Assembly (NCBI GenBank): GCA_030704615.1 | Contig: CM060733.1 | Coordinates: 34,162,001-34,226,000, forward strand | Reading direction: 5' to 3' | Length of the DNA: 64,000 nucleotides | From: Takakia lepidozioides | Lineage: Eukaryota; Plantae; Bryophyta | Shown: positions 25,315-38,900 of the stretch, piece after piece | How the letters are laid out: the number at the start of each line of letters is the position of its first letter | Position numbering within the stretch: the stretch's first letter is position 1 | Translations under genes and position numbers: made by a program | The notes under the pieces: generated by a model | The model's input: only the letters and a program-made list of their open reading frames with translations | What the model was told of the DNA's origin: nothing | Databases searched by the model: none

Positions 25315-28300
25315 TTTTTTATTTATTTTTTTGTGCAGAATAGGGACGGTGCCCTGAGAACTTTATTACCTGATTATTGAAGGGAAAAAAAATTGCCCGC
25401 AAGCTGCCATAAGGCTTAACACACGGAGGACCGTGCTGCATAAATCTAGGACCATAACCGAGAGTGGCCTCTCGTATTAACGACATTATGAACCTACATG
25501 GGCTCGATGTCTTATCGAAAACCTTGAAGACTTTGGTGAAAAATCCTCAAGAATCCATTAACTGTAACGGAAATAGGTCTGGATGTACGACAGTGGACAG
25601 AACTTAGAACAGGGAAACCGAAGGTTGGTGAGAAAGAGGGTGCATGGAGGTGGCAGGGAGGGGAGGAGAAGAGCAGGGCGAATCTGATGAGGCAAGAAGA
25701 GGGGAAGCTCTTGCTAATTGGCTATCAGGGAGAGAACTGCTTGTCTATCTGTGGAAATGAAGATGAGTAGCTGAACCTGCTCTAATGTGCCTCCAATTGA
25801 TCTCTATTCTGTCAAATTCTGGGGAGGCTAAAGAGGTATCCCCTTCCTTGCCAGCAGGAGGGGATTGAATCTGCCCAAACACAGGTGAGGCCATGAACTT
25901 TGCAAATGAGTCCGTGCTTGCCCCAGGTTGTTCCAAAGGTATGGATGAGAAAGGGCTGTCGTTGTGGCTTCCTTTTGACCGTTGCACAGAGCAATGCCCA
26001 AGCTTTTTTAGCAGCCACAATGAGATCAAAGAACACTAAAGATAGAATTGCATAAGCAGATGTGTTCTCATTGTCTAGAGCCCAGGCACATCGTCCTTTC
26101 CAGAGGTTCCAGAGGACCGAACTACAAAGAGCTTCAAATACTGGGCAGTGGGAGGCATTTGTTTTATGTGTTGGACTGTAGTTGAGAAGGATTGCTACAG
26201 AATCCGTAGGCATTTGGTCCCATGCCCTGTAGAAGGAACTGACCAATGGCCATATCTTTGAGGGAGCTAGGCAGTGCAGCAGACAATGTTCCAAAGTTTC
26301 TATCAATTGATTGTTGCAACATCTGCAGAGCAGAGCCTCTGGAAAGTTCAAATAGTGGCCCACTTTAAGAACCCTATTAGCTACCTATCATAGGAAGGCA
26401 CTTAATTTTGTCGGTTTCGCTTTGCTCCAAACCACTAACCATATTCCTTTCAGTTCTCTTGATCAAAGTTCTCATGGCTCCATTTCCGTTCCCATTTCGA
26501 GGTTAGAGGCCTGGCTGCAAGCATTGCCCTGTAACCCTTCTTTGCAATATATGAAAAGAAGGGCTGTAGCTCCTCCTCAAATGACCAAGACCATTCCGCC
26601 GGGTCCAACTAGAGGGAGGTTATGTCCGAATTCCCCAGCAGGATGAAAGCGTGTTTTTTTAGCCAAGCTTGAATGGAGGATCCCATGGGTGCCTCGGGGT
26701 TAAAGGGTTTATTGGGGTCAGACCATTGACAGATGCGGACCAAGAGCTGGAATGGAGATTGGGTTAGTTGAGATGAGCGAGAGGCACCCTGTTGTGTCAT
26801 CTGCCTGGAAAGAGTACCCTGAAATGCTGGAGATGGTGACTTCTGAAATATAGAGAACATAGTTGGGAATGGAAGAGTCAGGCATAATCCACTGGTGAGG
26901 TGTAAGGAGTCCATGCCGTCTTTAAGAATCTGTTTCCAAGAATCAGGTATTGACTGAATTATGTGGGTGATGCCCCAATGGAGGCGGAGAGTTCCCAAAG
27001 CCTATTGAAGGGATTGTGGAGTACTATTCCATAGGTCTTTAATTGACGAAAACCCTCTTGACTCCCAAACTGCCCATCGCTTTGCTTCCCGTCGTTCTTC
27101 CCTATCCGGGTTTGGTTGATTGAGAAAGAGGCGTTGTCTTTGAGTTTCTTGAAAGGTGGTGGGCTGTTGTTTTCTGAGAAAGGGCATGAGGCTGTTCCAT
27201 GACCTCCAGATGGAGGACCATAGGGGGGAACATGTGGATTTGTGCCCAAACCCCTGGACTATCCGGCGAGTAGATTGTGGCCAGAGAACCGAGGTCGAGG
27301 GCGAGGAGGAGCAGAGGATGGGGTGACCATGAATTTCCACCAGCCTCCCTCTGGTCCTAGGTATCTTGGGAGCCATTTCCCTAATAGCGCTTTGATTTGT
27401 GTCTCTAGGTCAAGGGCTCCTAAGCCACCCATCTTTTTGGGAGGGCAAATATGTTCCCAGGAGACCTGTGGCTTTTTGTTCTAGGAAGTAGAGGCAGCCC
27501 CCCAGATGAAGTTCCTGATCAACCTTTTAACTTCCTTGATTATTTTGTTGTTAGGCCCCCAGGTAGATGCAAAATACCAGATACCCACTAGGATGATTCG
27601 GTTGGCGACAAGGGCTCTTTCAGCGATGGAAAGATGGCAAGAGCCCCAGTAAGAAAGCTGGTGCTTGAGTCTCTTCACCGTGGCCTCCAATCTCTGGTTA
27701 TCTGTTAAATTGATACCAAATGTGTGACCCAGCAATGTAGTGGGTTCGCCTTCCTTGAGCCAAGTTAGTCCTAGGTGGGCGCCCCAGGTTGGATTGCTTC
27801 CTATGGTAGACTTGGAGAGGTCACCCAAAAGAAGGGTTTAGTCTTGCTCCAATTTACTTTGAACCCTGAAACACTGCAGAAGCTGGACAGGGTATCCGCC
27901 ACCGCTTCCATGGATGACTGGTTAGCCTCAAGAAGAAAGAAAGTGTCATCTACGAACATAGAGTCCTTTACCTGTCGCCAAATGCTAGTTCTGGGATCTT
28001 GCAGCCTAAGCCCTTTAACTTGAGGGTTGTCCTCTAGCATATAACCCAAAGCATCCGCCACGAAAAGGAAGAGGAATGGAACGAGTGGGCAACCTTGCCT
28101 CACTGACCTTTGGAGCTGGAAGGGCTTGGAAAGGTGACCATTAATAGAGACCCTACTGGTGGATCCTTGCAGCAGGATCTGCACCCATTGACAGAATCTG
28201 GGGGGAAGACCTGATTTCTTTAGAACTACCATGCGGAAGGACCAGTCCACTCTGTCAAAGGCCTTCTCGATATCTATCAGCCAAAGAGCCAGTGCTTGGC

Positions 28301-30300
28301 CAAAGCTGGCAACATAAGCCGAAGCTTCTTGGGCCAGAAGGACATTGTCCAGAATGAATCTGCCTTTAACATAGCCAGCCTGTCCTGTCCTAATCATGGA
28401 GGGGAGAAGGGGCTGAAGCCTCAAAGCTAGTGTCTTGGCTATAATTTTGTATGCGACGTTGAGGAGAGTGATTGGCCTGTAGTTGCTAAGCGAGGCCCTA
28501 TCCCCTTTCTTGTAGAGCAAGCTGGTAATAATGCCTTGGTTCATGGCCTCGGGCATGAAGCCTTGGCCCTTAATGGCGTTGGCCATGTCACAGAAGTCCT
28601 TAGAGATGGAGGACCACAATGCCTTATAGAATTCCACAGGCATACCATCAAGCCCTGGAGCCTTGTTGTTGTTCATTGTTTTCAGGGCTTTCTCTATCTC
28701 TTGGGGCTCAAAGTCATTTTCAAGCTCCTCACTATTTTCTGTATGAAGAGACTGAGGGATGGGAGGCAGGTTGTGAGGACCTAGGATTGGAGCAAAATCA
28801 TCTTGAGAGGGCGGGTAGGTTATGGAGGGTAGGATCTTCCAAGAGGATGGGCGAGAAAGGATAGGTTGGAGGCATAGGATTTTGCATTTGCTACGGAATT
28901 TAGGATTGACATGGAAAAACAAAATAGGAATGGACCAAGCAGGGGATAAGGGACTCACAGAGAGCGGGAGGGATGCAGCTGGAGCATGTGTTGGGGAAGG
29001 TAGAAGAGCGTTGTGGGATGAATGTGGTGCGTGTTGGGTTTGGAGCTGCGAGACTTGCAATTCCGAGGAGCTGGAGGTTAAAATTACCCCAAAGGGGTCG
29101 TAGGAGTGATTGATGAGGTCTGCCGAGCGCTGCTTCTTCCTTGCTCCATTCTTTCCCTCTTTTCCCGCTTCGGAGATGGCTTGCAGAATCTGCCGAGGGA
29201 CCTGCTGAGGGGCGTGTTGGCTTGGCAATCCATTAAGAATGTTGCCCGAGGTGGCATGCTTGCCTGTAATTTTGCCATTTCCAATTCCCATGATATCAGA
29301 CTTGACATTGGCAGAGGAGTAGGTGGTGGGGCTTGCTCCAAGAGGATGTTAGAAGATGATGAGCCCGAGTTGCCTTTGGTGCTTGATTCCTCTGGTAGTT
29401 TTGCCGATGTCCCAGTGGTGAATGGAAGCTTAAAGCAGGGGGCAGTGCTTGCCTCAATTAGCATCGGATCCAGTAGCGCTTTCCTTCTTTTGGTAGGAGG
29501 GGAGTTAGAGAGCTGCTTGACTACATAGTCCCAAGCCTGGTAATTTGGACTTTGGCTAGGCCTGGCTTGGACATATGTTGCTGGTGGAGGACAATTTTTA
29601 AAAGGCACTAACACTGGTTGAGGGTGGGAGTCTGAAACCAGTGCATGGTTTTGATAAAGGGGTGACTGACCTGTTCCGTCCTGTGATTGCTTGCAGCCAT
29701 CCTGAGCTTTACCCATCCTTTTCCTTTTTGCTTTAGGGCAATTTGATCTGAGGTGACCAGATAATCCATAGTAATAACATGCTGTGTATGTTGTGTCTTC
29801 AAGGACCTTGACTGAAAAATAGTTCCCTTGGTCGTCCATTGGCAGCTTGATGAAATCTGGTAGGATCTTATCCACTGGCATCATCACTAGTATCTTAGGA
29901 AAACCATTGTCATTGGGCCTTGAAGCATTAGTGGCCCTCCTCTAGGCTGGGTCCTCTCTCAATGATGTTGTGTTCATATTTGGATCAAAAACTGCCAGAC
30001 ATCCCAAGAATGCTCCAAAAAAGTTCCCAATCGTTGGTAGGCAAAATAAGTATTGATCCGGGATGTAAGGTAGAGATATAATTCGCGGGCTCCATATCTT
30101 ACCATTTATGTTGCCCATGCTTTATATGTTGACGTTGAATCCATGCAGATGAGGATTAAATTCCAACGCATTTGCCGCTACTTCTTTAGAATCTAGGAGA
30201 ACGGAGAAGAAGCCACGACCTCTGGGCTGGCAGAAATGATGCAGCAGGTCTCCAAATCCCCCTAGGTGCCTTAAGGCCCAGTCTCGAGCATGAGATCTGC
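25315..30300 (-). mobile_element. L1-type LINE, degenerate: ORF1 remnant, RT, C-terminal zinc finger; endonuclease not visible
   Basis: ORF1 pieces 30310-29084 (GRGFFSVLL, knuckle ACYYYGLSGHLRSNC). RT 28800-27481 (KAPGLDG, NYRPITLLNVAYKI, DIEKAFDRVDW, VRQGCPL, FVDDT, SGFKVNWSKT). Zinc finger CRCC..ETLEHCLLHC at 26363-25812. AATAAA and A-rich tail near 25315-25365. Confidence 0.9.
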
Positions 30301-30350
30301 TTTTAGGCAACTAAAAATAATGATCACAAAATGAAAACACAAAAATATAA

Positions 30351-30536
30351 AAATGCAGCCACTGCCATGGATGAAAATTGAAAACTGAGTCCATGGATGA
30401 CGTTTTAAGTGAAAATGCAGCCGCTGCCATGGATGAACAATGAAAACTGAATCCATGGATGACGTTTTAAATGAAAATTCAGCCGCTGCCATGAATGAAA
30501 ATTGAAAACTGAGTCCATGGATGACGTTTTAAATGA
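30351..30536. repeat. 62-bp tandem repeat x3
   Basis: aaatgcagcc[a/g]ctgccatggatgaaaattgaaaactgagtccatggatgacgtttta repeated three times. Confidence 0.9.
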
Positions 30537-30687
30537 ATATCATTTTTAGATTATTTTTTTGTTTATTTTTTCCATTGTTTTCTAATTTAAATTCAAGTTT
30601 TTATACCATAGGCACTTTTAGAGAAACTTTTGAAAATTAGGCACTCTTTGAAGATAATTTTTTTAAATGAGGCAAGAGTCAGAAATA

Positions 30688-30810
30688 ATGCACGGTCTCC
30701 GTGCGATCAGCCTCATGGCAGCCTTGTGGCACTCTAAGGGTTTTAATTTTTTTCCCTTCAATAATTCCAAATAAAGCTTCCAGGGCCAGACCCCTGTTTA
30801 TTAAAAATAT
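30688..30810 (+). mobile_element. Short LINE 3'-tail fragment, inverted relative to the LINE tail at 25325-25440
   Basis: gcacggtctccgtg..agcct[c/t]atggcagc..ttttcccttcaataat..aataaag..cagggc matches the reverse complement of 25325-25440. Confidence 0.7.
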
Positions 30811-31080
30811 ATAAATATAAATATATGTATATATTGATTAGGCACTTTTTTTTCGAATTAATTTCTGCCTAACCGGCTATCCCACTACGGTATATCTCAT
30901 TCGTTCTGCATCTCTGTCTGCTTGTTTGTTTGTTTGTTTGTTGGCATGTGAGCAATGCAACTTCACAGAGCATGAAGCAGTCCACGCAGAGATGTAGAGA
31001 TATGAAGTGGTGCTACAGCTTCTAATGAGGTCCAGCTTCGGACGCGTCCTTATTCCACGTCTAAAGTAGGGGCCATAGGT

Positions 31081-31755
31081 ATGCACAATGTGAGTAGCAA
31101 CTTAGGTCCGCAGAAAACGAAAATGAGGGACAGGCACAGAAAGAAAAGGAAAAACAAGGGCATGATGCAAGCGATGCAAGAAGGTTTGCATCCAGACGTT
31201 AAGATTGAGTCCCGAGATGGCACTGTGGTGCCCGCACATCGATGTGTATTGGCATACTTGTCCCCTGTGTTCAGGGCCATGTTCAACTCTGGGATGCAGG
31301 AGCAAATAACGTCGAAGATCGTGTTGGACATGCACGCTACAGGTTTGAAAGCTTTCCAGCGTCTTATCTACAGCGGGACATGTGACGATATTGCCTTATC
31401 TGATGGTCTTGAGCATTTGGATGCATGTCAGAGATACGATATGCCCGCTGAAAAGAAGGTCATCGACTCAGTTTTGCATGACTCGTTAACCTTACAAAAT
31501 TGTTGGGTCCATCTAGAACACTATCGAGAACAAGCAGAGCTCCACACTGGCAGCGATGAGGTCTATTCTCGTTTGTTTCGCAAATGTAGGACATTCATAA
31601 GTGAGAATTTGAAGGAGGGCCTTGCATTAACCGCTGTTGAAGATCTCAATCTAAGAAAGCCAGACCTTTTTCTTGAAATTGTGAGGTGGTGCACAACAAA
31701 CCCTGGTCCTTTTAGTGATAGTGAGAGTGATAGTTCGGAGTCTGAGAGAGAGTGA
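31081..31755 (+). CDS. BTB/POZ-domain protein, intronless (putative CUL3 adaptor)
   Basis: DVKIESRDGTVVPAHRCVLAYLSPVFRAMFNSGMQE...IYSG BTB signature. BACK-like helices (LTLQNCW...CRTFISEN), basic NLS-like RHRKKRKNK, acidic Ser-rich tail. Confidence 0.8.
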   Translation: MHNVSSNLGPQKTKMRDRHRKKRKNKGMMQAMQEGLHPDVKIESRDGTVVPAHRCVLAYLSPVFRAMFNSGMQEQITSKIVLDMHATGLKAFQRLIYSGTCDDIALSDGLEHLDACQRYDMPAEKKVIDSVLHDSLTLQNCWVHLEHYREQAELHTGSDEVYSRLFRKCRTFISENLKEGLALTAVEDLNLRKPDLFLEIVRWCTTNPGPFSDSESDSSESERE

Positions 31756-33129
31756 ATTGGCAGACACAGAAGGCAGGGTACAGGGTCAGGGCACAGGGCA
31801 CACCAATGTATCTTGCTTCGTGGAGCACACCTCAAAGTATAGTCAAATGACTCGTGTGTGATTGGGCTGTAAAACGACTTCCACAATTGTGGAGCACTGG
31901 GACATAGCTTGATCTGCCACGTTGCTCCACCTTCTGCAGTACTAGGGGTGCAACGGTATGTATTTTCACACTTTCGTTAATACACCACGTTTTATTGCGA
32001 GGTCTTACGAGAGCATAGATAGCATACACGGAGGAGTCCGAAAGATGGCGTACACCAGTGAGCACCTGCTACTTGCTTTCAGACACTTGGACACCTATGC
32101 GTGAATTTTTATAATCACTCTCGGTTCTCATGCGTCAACAAATCTGGAATATCTTTGTTTCTCTTCTGCAGACTGTCATGTCCTTTAAGCTCCTGGTGCT
32201 TCCACAGGAAGTTCTAAACTTCCTTCTTTCATGTTTATGCTCTTCCTCCGGGGCAATGTGTGGAGGGAGGGTTCAGTGTCTCAGACGTGTGTTGCGTAGC
32301 CATCCTTGTGCTCCTGCTGAGCTGCAAGCGTTACAGATTAACTCGAAATCGATTAGTGTAGGATTTAGGGTTTAGTATATATTAATGGAAGACTAGCTTT
32401 AAACAAAAAGAAAGAAAGAAAAGTTAAAGTAAAAGATAAAACATAAGGCACTTAGTACCTAGAGTGTTGCATCTCCCAGTGCGTAGCCTGTGGATGTCTA
32501 ATTCTCTTGTAGACTTGGACTCTGATTTGAAGCTTTGGACCAGAGTAAGAGAAGTCATGTTGGTGGAGGCACTTGTAGAAGTGCATGGAGATTCACAGAA
32601 CTAGACATTCCTTTTGCATAACTAAATTGCTCTCCTTTTCTCCCATGCAATGTACTTCCATCTGACTAGTTACTTTTGTGCCTTGCATCGTTCCCCCCCT
32701 CCTTAATTGCATTGTTTGGCCACCTTCTTGAATCCAGCCAAGTCATGGGAGGTGCAAATATGGTAATCTATAGCCACGCCCTCACGAACCTGATCTATCT
32801 TTCGGGCGCTAGATAGCGGTGGGAAATTTTCCAGATTGTACTTGTCCAAATTTTGTGAGCATGCGCGAGGGCAGTCTTGGGAAGAGAGGAAAGTGGGTCC
32901 TATGCAAGCATCTGTACGACATATATTTGCACATAGCTATCTACCAAGATCATACCTTCCCCAATAAATAGCCATTTTCAATATACTCTAGATTCTCATC
33001 CTTCCATTGTTCATGACTTGGTGAGTGCTACAATTTCATTATATATATTTTTTTATTTTTTTATTTTTTTAAAGTAAACCTGGGAGCGAGGGCCCACAAT
33101 TCAGGCCCTTGAGGAGGGGGGAAAATAAC

Positions 33130-33230
33130 CAGTGTTGGTTTGGTATGGGTATCAGACCCGAGTATCAACTCTGGTATCAGGGACCAGACCAGCCTGGTCC
33201 TAAAGTTTACATACCTAAGGCGATACCATT
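33130..33230. mobile_element. Truncated hAT MITE end related to the 8498-9002 element
   Basis: Starts CAGTGTTGG and carries CTGGTATCAG and ACCAGCCTGGTC motifs. No second TIR seen. Confidence 0.5.
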
Positions 33231-33902
33231 ACTTGGCTTACGGTAGGGTTTATGAGAACAGCTGATTCTAGTCGTGGAGGTGGCGAAACAAATTTGGGGT
33301 TAAGTGCAGAGGTGGCGACATGTACAATGTCCACCTGGATCCTACCTGGCTACATATATATGTGCAATATGGCTACGTCTCGGACTTTGGAGATAGCAAA
33401 ATCGCGCTAACTCTTGGTGCGATGGGGCGCCAGCCCTTGGATTCAGGGCGCCATGCTCCCCGGTTCCCAAGCAAAAAGGGTGGTTCCCATAGTGCTTTAT
33501 AGCACCAGTTGGCCAGGGCCCCGCCCCGTTTTGGCTATATTTTTTATTTTTGCCCCCGTTTTTTGAATAGGGGTGTCACGGGCCCACATTTTTTTGTAGC
33601 TTTTCGCCTTAAAAAAAGGGCTGCCGAATCCTCCGGTGTTGAGGGCTAGGGTTTAGTGTTGATATTTGTTGCAAGTGTTTCGCAACCCTTCTTCGACTGG
33701 TATCAATTCTTGTTGATGGGAAATATGAAAGAGTGTTATGGCAGCCATTTCGCAGCTTGGGTACGTGAATTGTTGGGCGAACAATCAAGGCTTGGATCAA
33801 GGCTGTGCATGATGCACTCATGTATGATACACCCATCAAGTGTTTCTTTAAGTGAATTAAAGCCTTGTTTGATACCAGATCCCAATATGTATACCGTATT
33901 AC

Positions 33903-34596
33903 TCAAGTCATAGTTACTCGCTTTGATGCGCGCGCCTGACTCCCAACCTGGCCGCCGAGCCAACTTGGAGCTTCGGCTGCTCACCGGGGCATAACGGTCC
34001 CCCTTTGTTCTCCCAAAGAACCCTCCACCGCTTTGGAACCAGCGGGAATTCCCTTTTGTAGTTGGCAGTCCGGAACAGCTCCCCACTCTTTGGTCGCTTT
34101 TCGGCTCGCTCGCTTACTCACTAGTTTTTGGTCACCAACGGGCTTGCACCGTTCTCGGGGTTACTACTCCCTATATATACTTCTGTAGCTGTCCGCGGGG
34201 GTTTCACAACCAGCCATGCCATTTTATGGCGAACCACCACGAAGACCCTCGATTCCCGGTGGTGAGTCGCGGTGAGTCTTGGCCCACTCACCGCGGCCCC
34301 AATGGACCGTGATGAGTCCCAAGACTCCCCACGACTCCCACCTCGAGGTCTCCACCCCATGGTGAGTCCTATGCCACCCCCACTAAGTCCCGCTAAGCTA
34401 CCACCACCCCTTGTGGAGCCACCCCCACCGCAACCCGGTGTGCGGGGCTCCACCTAGTGAACGCCTCCGCCTCCTTGAGTGCCTTGGGCACTCAAGGGTG
34501 CTTCAGCCCCCGTACCTATCGCTGCTACTGCCCCACCACAGGGGCAGCCCCTCTTGTGTCCCGACCCCCCTGCCTTCAAGGCAAAGGGCCGCGACA
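33903..34596 (-). repeat. 3' LTR of the chromovirus, missing its outer ~31 bp
   Basis: Identity to the other LTR starts at tcaagtcatagttactcg (33903 versus 40101) and ends at CGCGACA (34596). PPT (minus-strand GGTAGGGGTG) at ~34599-34608. Confidence 0.9.
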
Positions 34597-35501
34597 CACA
34601 CCCCTACCAACATGGAGTCGATGTCCTCATCGACTTGTCTATTTTGTAGAAACGAACATCCAAGTTGTGGCGTCCCACATCAAGGAGTTTGTTTCCGTAC
34701 CATGGCGTCCTATGGCAAAGAACCCAACCCCACACTTGACTCTACTCTCCACTAGCTAGTTCGGCCGACTTCCTCCAAGTCTCGGCCAAGGGTGGAGCCT
34801 CTCAAGCTCCTCCCAGTGCACTCTTCTTGGCCTACTTCAAGGCCAAGGAACGATCCTCCTTGAGGATCGAATCGCCTTACTGCAACAACATTGCTTGCGA
34901 CCGCTCATGATGCCGCTTTTTGGCATCACCTTGAGCAAGGGTTCACCTGGAACCCTCTTTTACTAGGAAGATAACCTTGAACCAACCGTGCGCCCCAATC
35001 ACTACAATTGGGTCCGCCTTGGAATGTTGGCCTGAGGTACGGGAACATGCCGAAGCCGCACTACGACTTCGTCCCGAGGCTACACGATTATAGTACGTGA
35101 ACGGAAGCACGTAGCTTCTGCGTTAGCCCGCACTACAAGGCAACCCCCTCGGTAGCGCATTATAGTACGCGCACGCGCCAGGTGCGCACTAGCACGTGAA
35201 CTCCCAAAGAAGTCGCAAGTTTCCTTGCCCTTGGATGGGGGTCACCCGATTTCGGCACTACGCAAACACACGATTAACCCAATTTACCTCTCCCACTTTT
35301 ATAAGCTAGCATGCATTCTACACACTAGCCAACCATACCATGCATCACCATTCCAAACAAAATAAGACGCACAACATTTGGAACCCATTTCCTTTATAAC
35401 AAATTTTTGTACAATACAAGTTTTTGTAATCGGATTCCTAAGCTAGCTAAGCCGGGCTAGGCATGCATTTCCTCCCCCACGCTCCAAGGTTGATGTCTCC
35501 A

Positions 35502-35903
35502 TCAACGTTTCTTCCGCTTTTGAGGTCGCCCTTCGAAAGCTGCAACCGCCTCGGATGCGTTTCTTCCTATTTCTGAGGCACGCACCCAAGATGCCTCCAC
35601 ATGATGATAGCCCTTCCATTTGACGAGATACTCCGTTTCTCGGTTCTTGAACCTCCTCGACTTAAGTATTGCCTCCACCTCGTACTCAGGTTCATTTTCA
35701 TGATCCAACAGCATAGGTGGCGGACGAAACACTTGATGTCGATTCGGACGCGCTTCATCTTTGAAGTAAGGCTTCAAAAGGGAGACATGGAATACTGGGT
35801 GCACCTTGATGTTTGCCGGCAACTCCAATTCATACACATCCTCATTCATAACCTTCCGAATGCGAAAAGGGTCCCGCATACGGAGTACGAACTTCGGACT
35901 CAC
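35502..35903 (-). pseudogene. Integrase C-terminus with canonical (group I) chromodomain
   Basis: VYELELP..HPVFHVSLLKPY, then EYEVEAIL..EYLVKWKGY..ASW with aromatic-cage residues present. Confidence 0.9.
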
Positions 35904-38900
35904 TTCGGAGGTAGTCGGAAATTCTTGATGTTCAACCAGACCTCTGTGCCTGCCTCAAACTTCACTTCCCTTCGCTTCCGATTCGCCTGCCTTTCATACC
36001 GTTTCCTAGCTTTGGCAATGTTGTGGTACTTTGCGAGCTTCAACAAACGCTCGCGTTCTTCCAGTACCGCCGCTACTGCCGGTTCCTCAACGTCCTGGGC
36101 GGCCCAACTTGTCGGCACCAGAGGTGCTTTTCCATAGACCAATACGAAAGGGGAAACTCCCGTTGCGGAGTGTTCTGTGTTATTATAACAGAACTCTGCC
36201 GCGTCTAAGTGTTCCATCCAGTCTGATTGGTCTGCCGACACGTAATTCCGCAAGAATTGCTTCACTACGGAATTCACTCTTTCCGTTTGGCCGTCCGTCG
36301 TAGGTCGGAAGGCGGTGCTCATCTTCAGCCTCGTCCCCATCTTCTTCCAAAGTGTCCTCCAAATTTACTCGTAAACTTTGGATCGCGGTCCGAGACAATA
36401 TCCTTCGGGACTCCATGATGCTTTAAGACGTGGGCGAAGTAAAGTCGCCCTGTCTCCTGCGCCGTTGCCGTCTCCTTGGTGGGGATGAAATGGCCCATTT
36501 TACTGAACCTATCCACCACCACCATGATTGCATCGAATCCTTTTGACAGCGCATAGCAGTCATGAAATCCATCGAGACGCTTTCCCAAGTCCCCTCTGGA
36601 ATCGGCAAGGGTTGTAACAGCCCCGCTTGCTTTTTGTACTCGCTCCGGTTTTGTTGGCATGTGGTGCATGTCTTGACATACTCCTCTGCCTCCTCCCTCA
36701 GTTTGGGCCAGAAATACTCTTTCTTCAAGAGTGCCGCAGTGCGCTTGGCTCCGCCGTGGCCCGCAAGCGGGCTATCATGGCATTCTCTCAAGAGGCTATC
36801 TCTGATCCCTCCCTTTGGCACGTAGAGACGCTTTTGCTTATACCGGAGCAGTCCATTTTGCAAGTGGAACTGCGATTTAACCCCCATCCTCAAGTCCTGC
36901 ATCACGGACTTCGCCAGCTCATCCTTCCGGCAAGCCTTCCGGATCTTCCTTTGGAGCGCCGTCTCGCCCTTGTACACCAACAAGAGCTGCTGCTTTCTAC
37001 TTAAAGCATCGGCCACCATTGTCCGTCCCGGTTTGTACTGGATATCCACGTCGAACCGCCAAAGTATCTTGCCACCTAAGTTGTTTTGGGGACAACTTGG
37101 GCTGCGTGGCAAAATACTTCACCGTGACATTGTCCGTGAACACCTTCACTGGGTTGGAACCAACATAGTGGCGCCAAAGCTCAAGGCAATGCACCACCGC
37201 CTTCATCTCTTTTTCGTGCGTCGGCCACCGTCGCTCCACTTCATTCAGTTTCTTACTTTCGTAAGCCACTGGACGTCCATCTTGCATAAGTACACCCCAA
37301 TCGCGAAGTCCGACGCATCTGTATGAATCTCAAACGGACGATCGAACTCCGGGATTTTCAAGACTGGAGCTTCCGCCATCCGCTGCTTCAATTCAGCAAA
37401 AGCTTGGCCACAAAATGTTCCATACCCAGACTTTGGATTTACACAGAAGGTCCGACAGCGGCCCCGCGATCTTGGCGAAATTTCTCACATACTTCCGGTA
37501 ATAGGAGGCGAGTCCTAGGAAGGATCGCACTCCCGGGACCGAAGTCGGAGGCTCCCAGTCCAAGATCGCCCTCACCTTTCTGTCATCCATTTTGATCCCA
37601 TCCTGTGTAATCACATGCCCCAAGAACTCCACTTTGTGACCCCGAATTCGCACTTTGAAGCTTTGGCATACAGCTTCCCTTCCCGCAATTTTGGAACACC
37701 CTTTTGAGGTGCTCCAGGTGCTCCTCCTTTGTTTTCGAGTACACCAAGATGTCGTCGATGTACACGATCACAAAGTCATCCAACCACTCCTGAAAAGGCT
37801 GTTCATCAGCGTGCTAAATGTCGCCGGTGCATTGGTGAGCCCAAAAGGCATCACCAAGAACTCATATGAACCATACCTTGTCCTGCACGCGGTCTTCTCC
37901 TCATCTCCTTCCGCCACCCGAATTTGATGATAGCCGGAGCGCAAGTCGATCCGGCTGAAATACTTCGCTCCTGCCAACCGATCGAAGAGGTCGTCGATCC
38001 TTGGCAAAGGGTACCGGTTTTTATAGTCACCTTATTCAAAGCCCTGTAATCGACACACATCCGCAGCGTCCCATCCTTCTCTGCGAATAGCACCGGGGCT
38101 CCGTAAGGTGACTTACTCGGCCGGATGTACCCCTTTGACATTAGATCCTTGAGCTGAGTCTTCAGCTCGACCAACTCTCTGTGGCTCAACCGGTAGGGCG
38201 CCTTGGCAGGCGGTTCCGATCCCGGTATCACCTCAATCTTGTGGTCAACTCCTCTTCGCGGGTGGCAAGCCGCTTGGTAAATCCTCCGGCATCACATCCT
38301 GGTATTTCTCCAAAATCCCCTTGATCCAATCTGGGCTCGGCTCCCCATCGCCTTCTCCTTCACTTCTCTAATGTAAAGCAAAACTGGGCTCGTGTGCCTC
38401 CTCCACGGCCCACTCCCTTGCTGACAGAAGGTTTATTCGCCCTCCCACGGATTTGGGCGTTTCCGACACTCGTAAAAACCTCGCCACCATTCCCACATGG
38501 CAGCGTGACTACTCTCTTGCGGCCATCTATGACCGCTCCGGATTTGCTCAAAAAGGTCATCCCCAAAATGAGATCCACTCCATCGATCTCGCAGATCCCT
38601 CCCAACTCCCCAGTTGAAGAGGAACATCAAACGCCAACCTTGTCGCCAACTGTGGTTCTCCTTTGGCAGAACGCACCTCAATAGAGGCCCCCACGTCACT
38701 TGTCGGAGTCCCAACTTTGCGCCGCCGCCGGTCATGAAGGAGTGCGACGCTCCTGTGTCCACCAACAACGACACGTTAGTTCCGGATATTATCCCATCCA
38801 CGAACAAAACTGACTCCCTTTACGCAGGCGCCAGTTTCCTGATACAACTCACAAGAAATTTGCCTACCTTGCAAGTCCTGGCGACCACCGCTTCCACCAA

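Larger units (their letters stand above)
25203..30890. mobile_element. Tc1/mariner (Stowaway-like) non-autonomous element split by the LINE insertion
   Basis: TIR CCATAGTGGGATAGTC versus reverse complement of the right end CCGTAGTGGGATAGCC (14/16). TA on both flanks (25201-25202, 30891-30892). Repeated TAGGCAC motifs on both sides of the LINE. Confidence 0.7.

Noticed and set aside
32364-32375. Telomeric TTTAGGG repeat
   Set aside because: Fewer than two full units; at most a telo-box.
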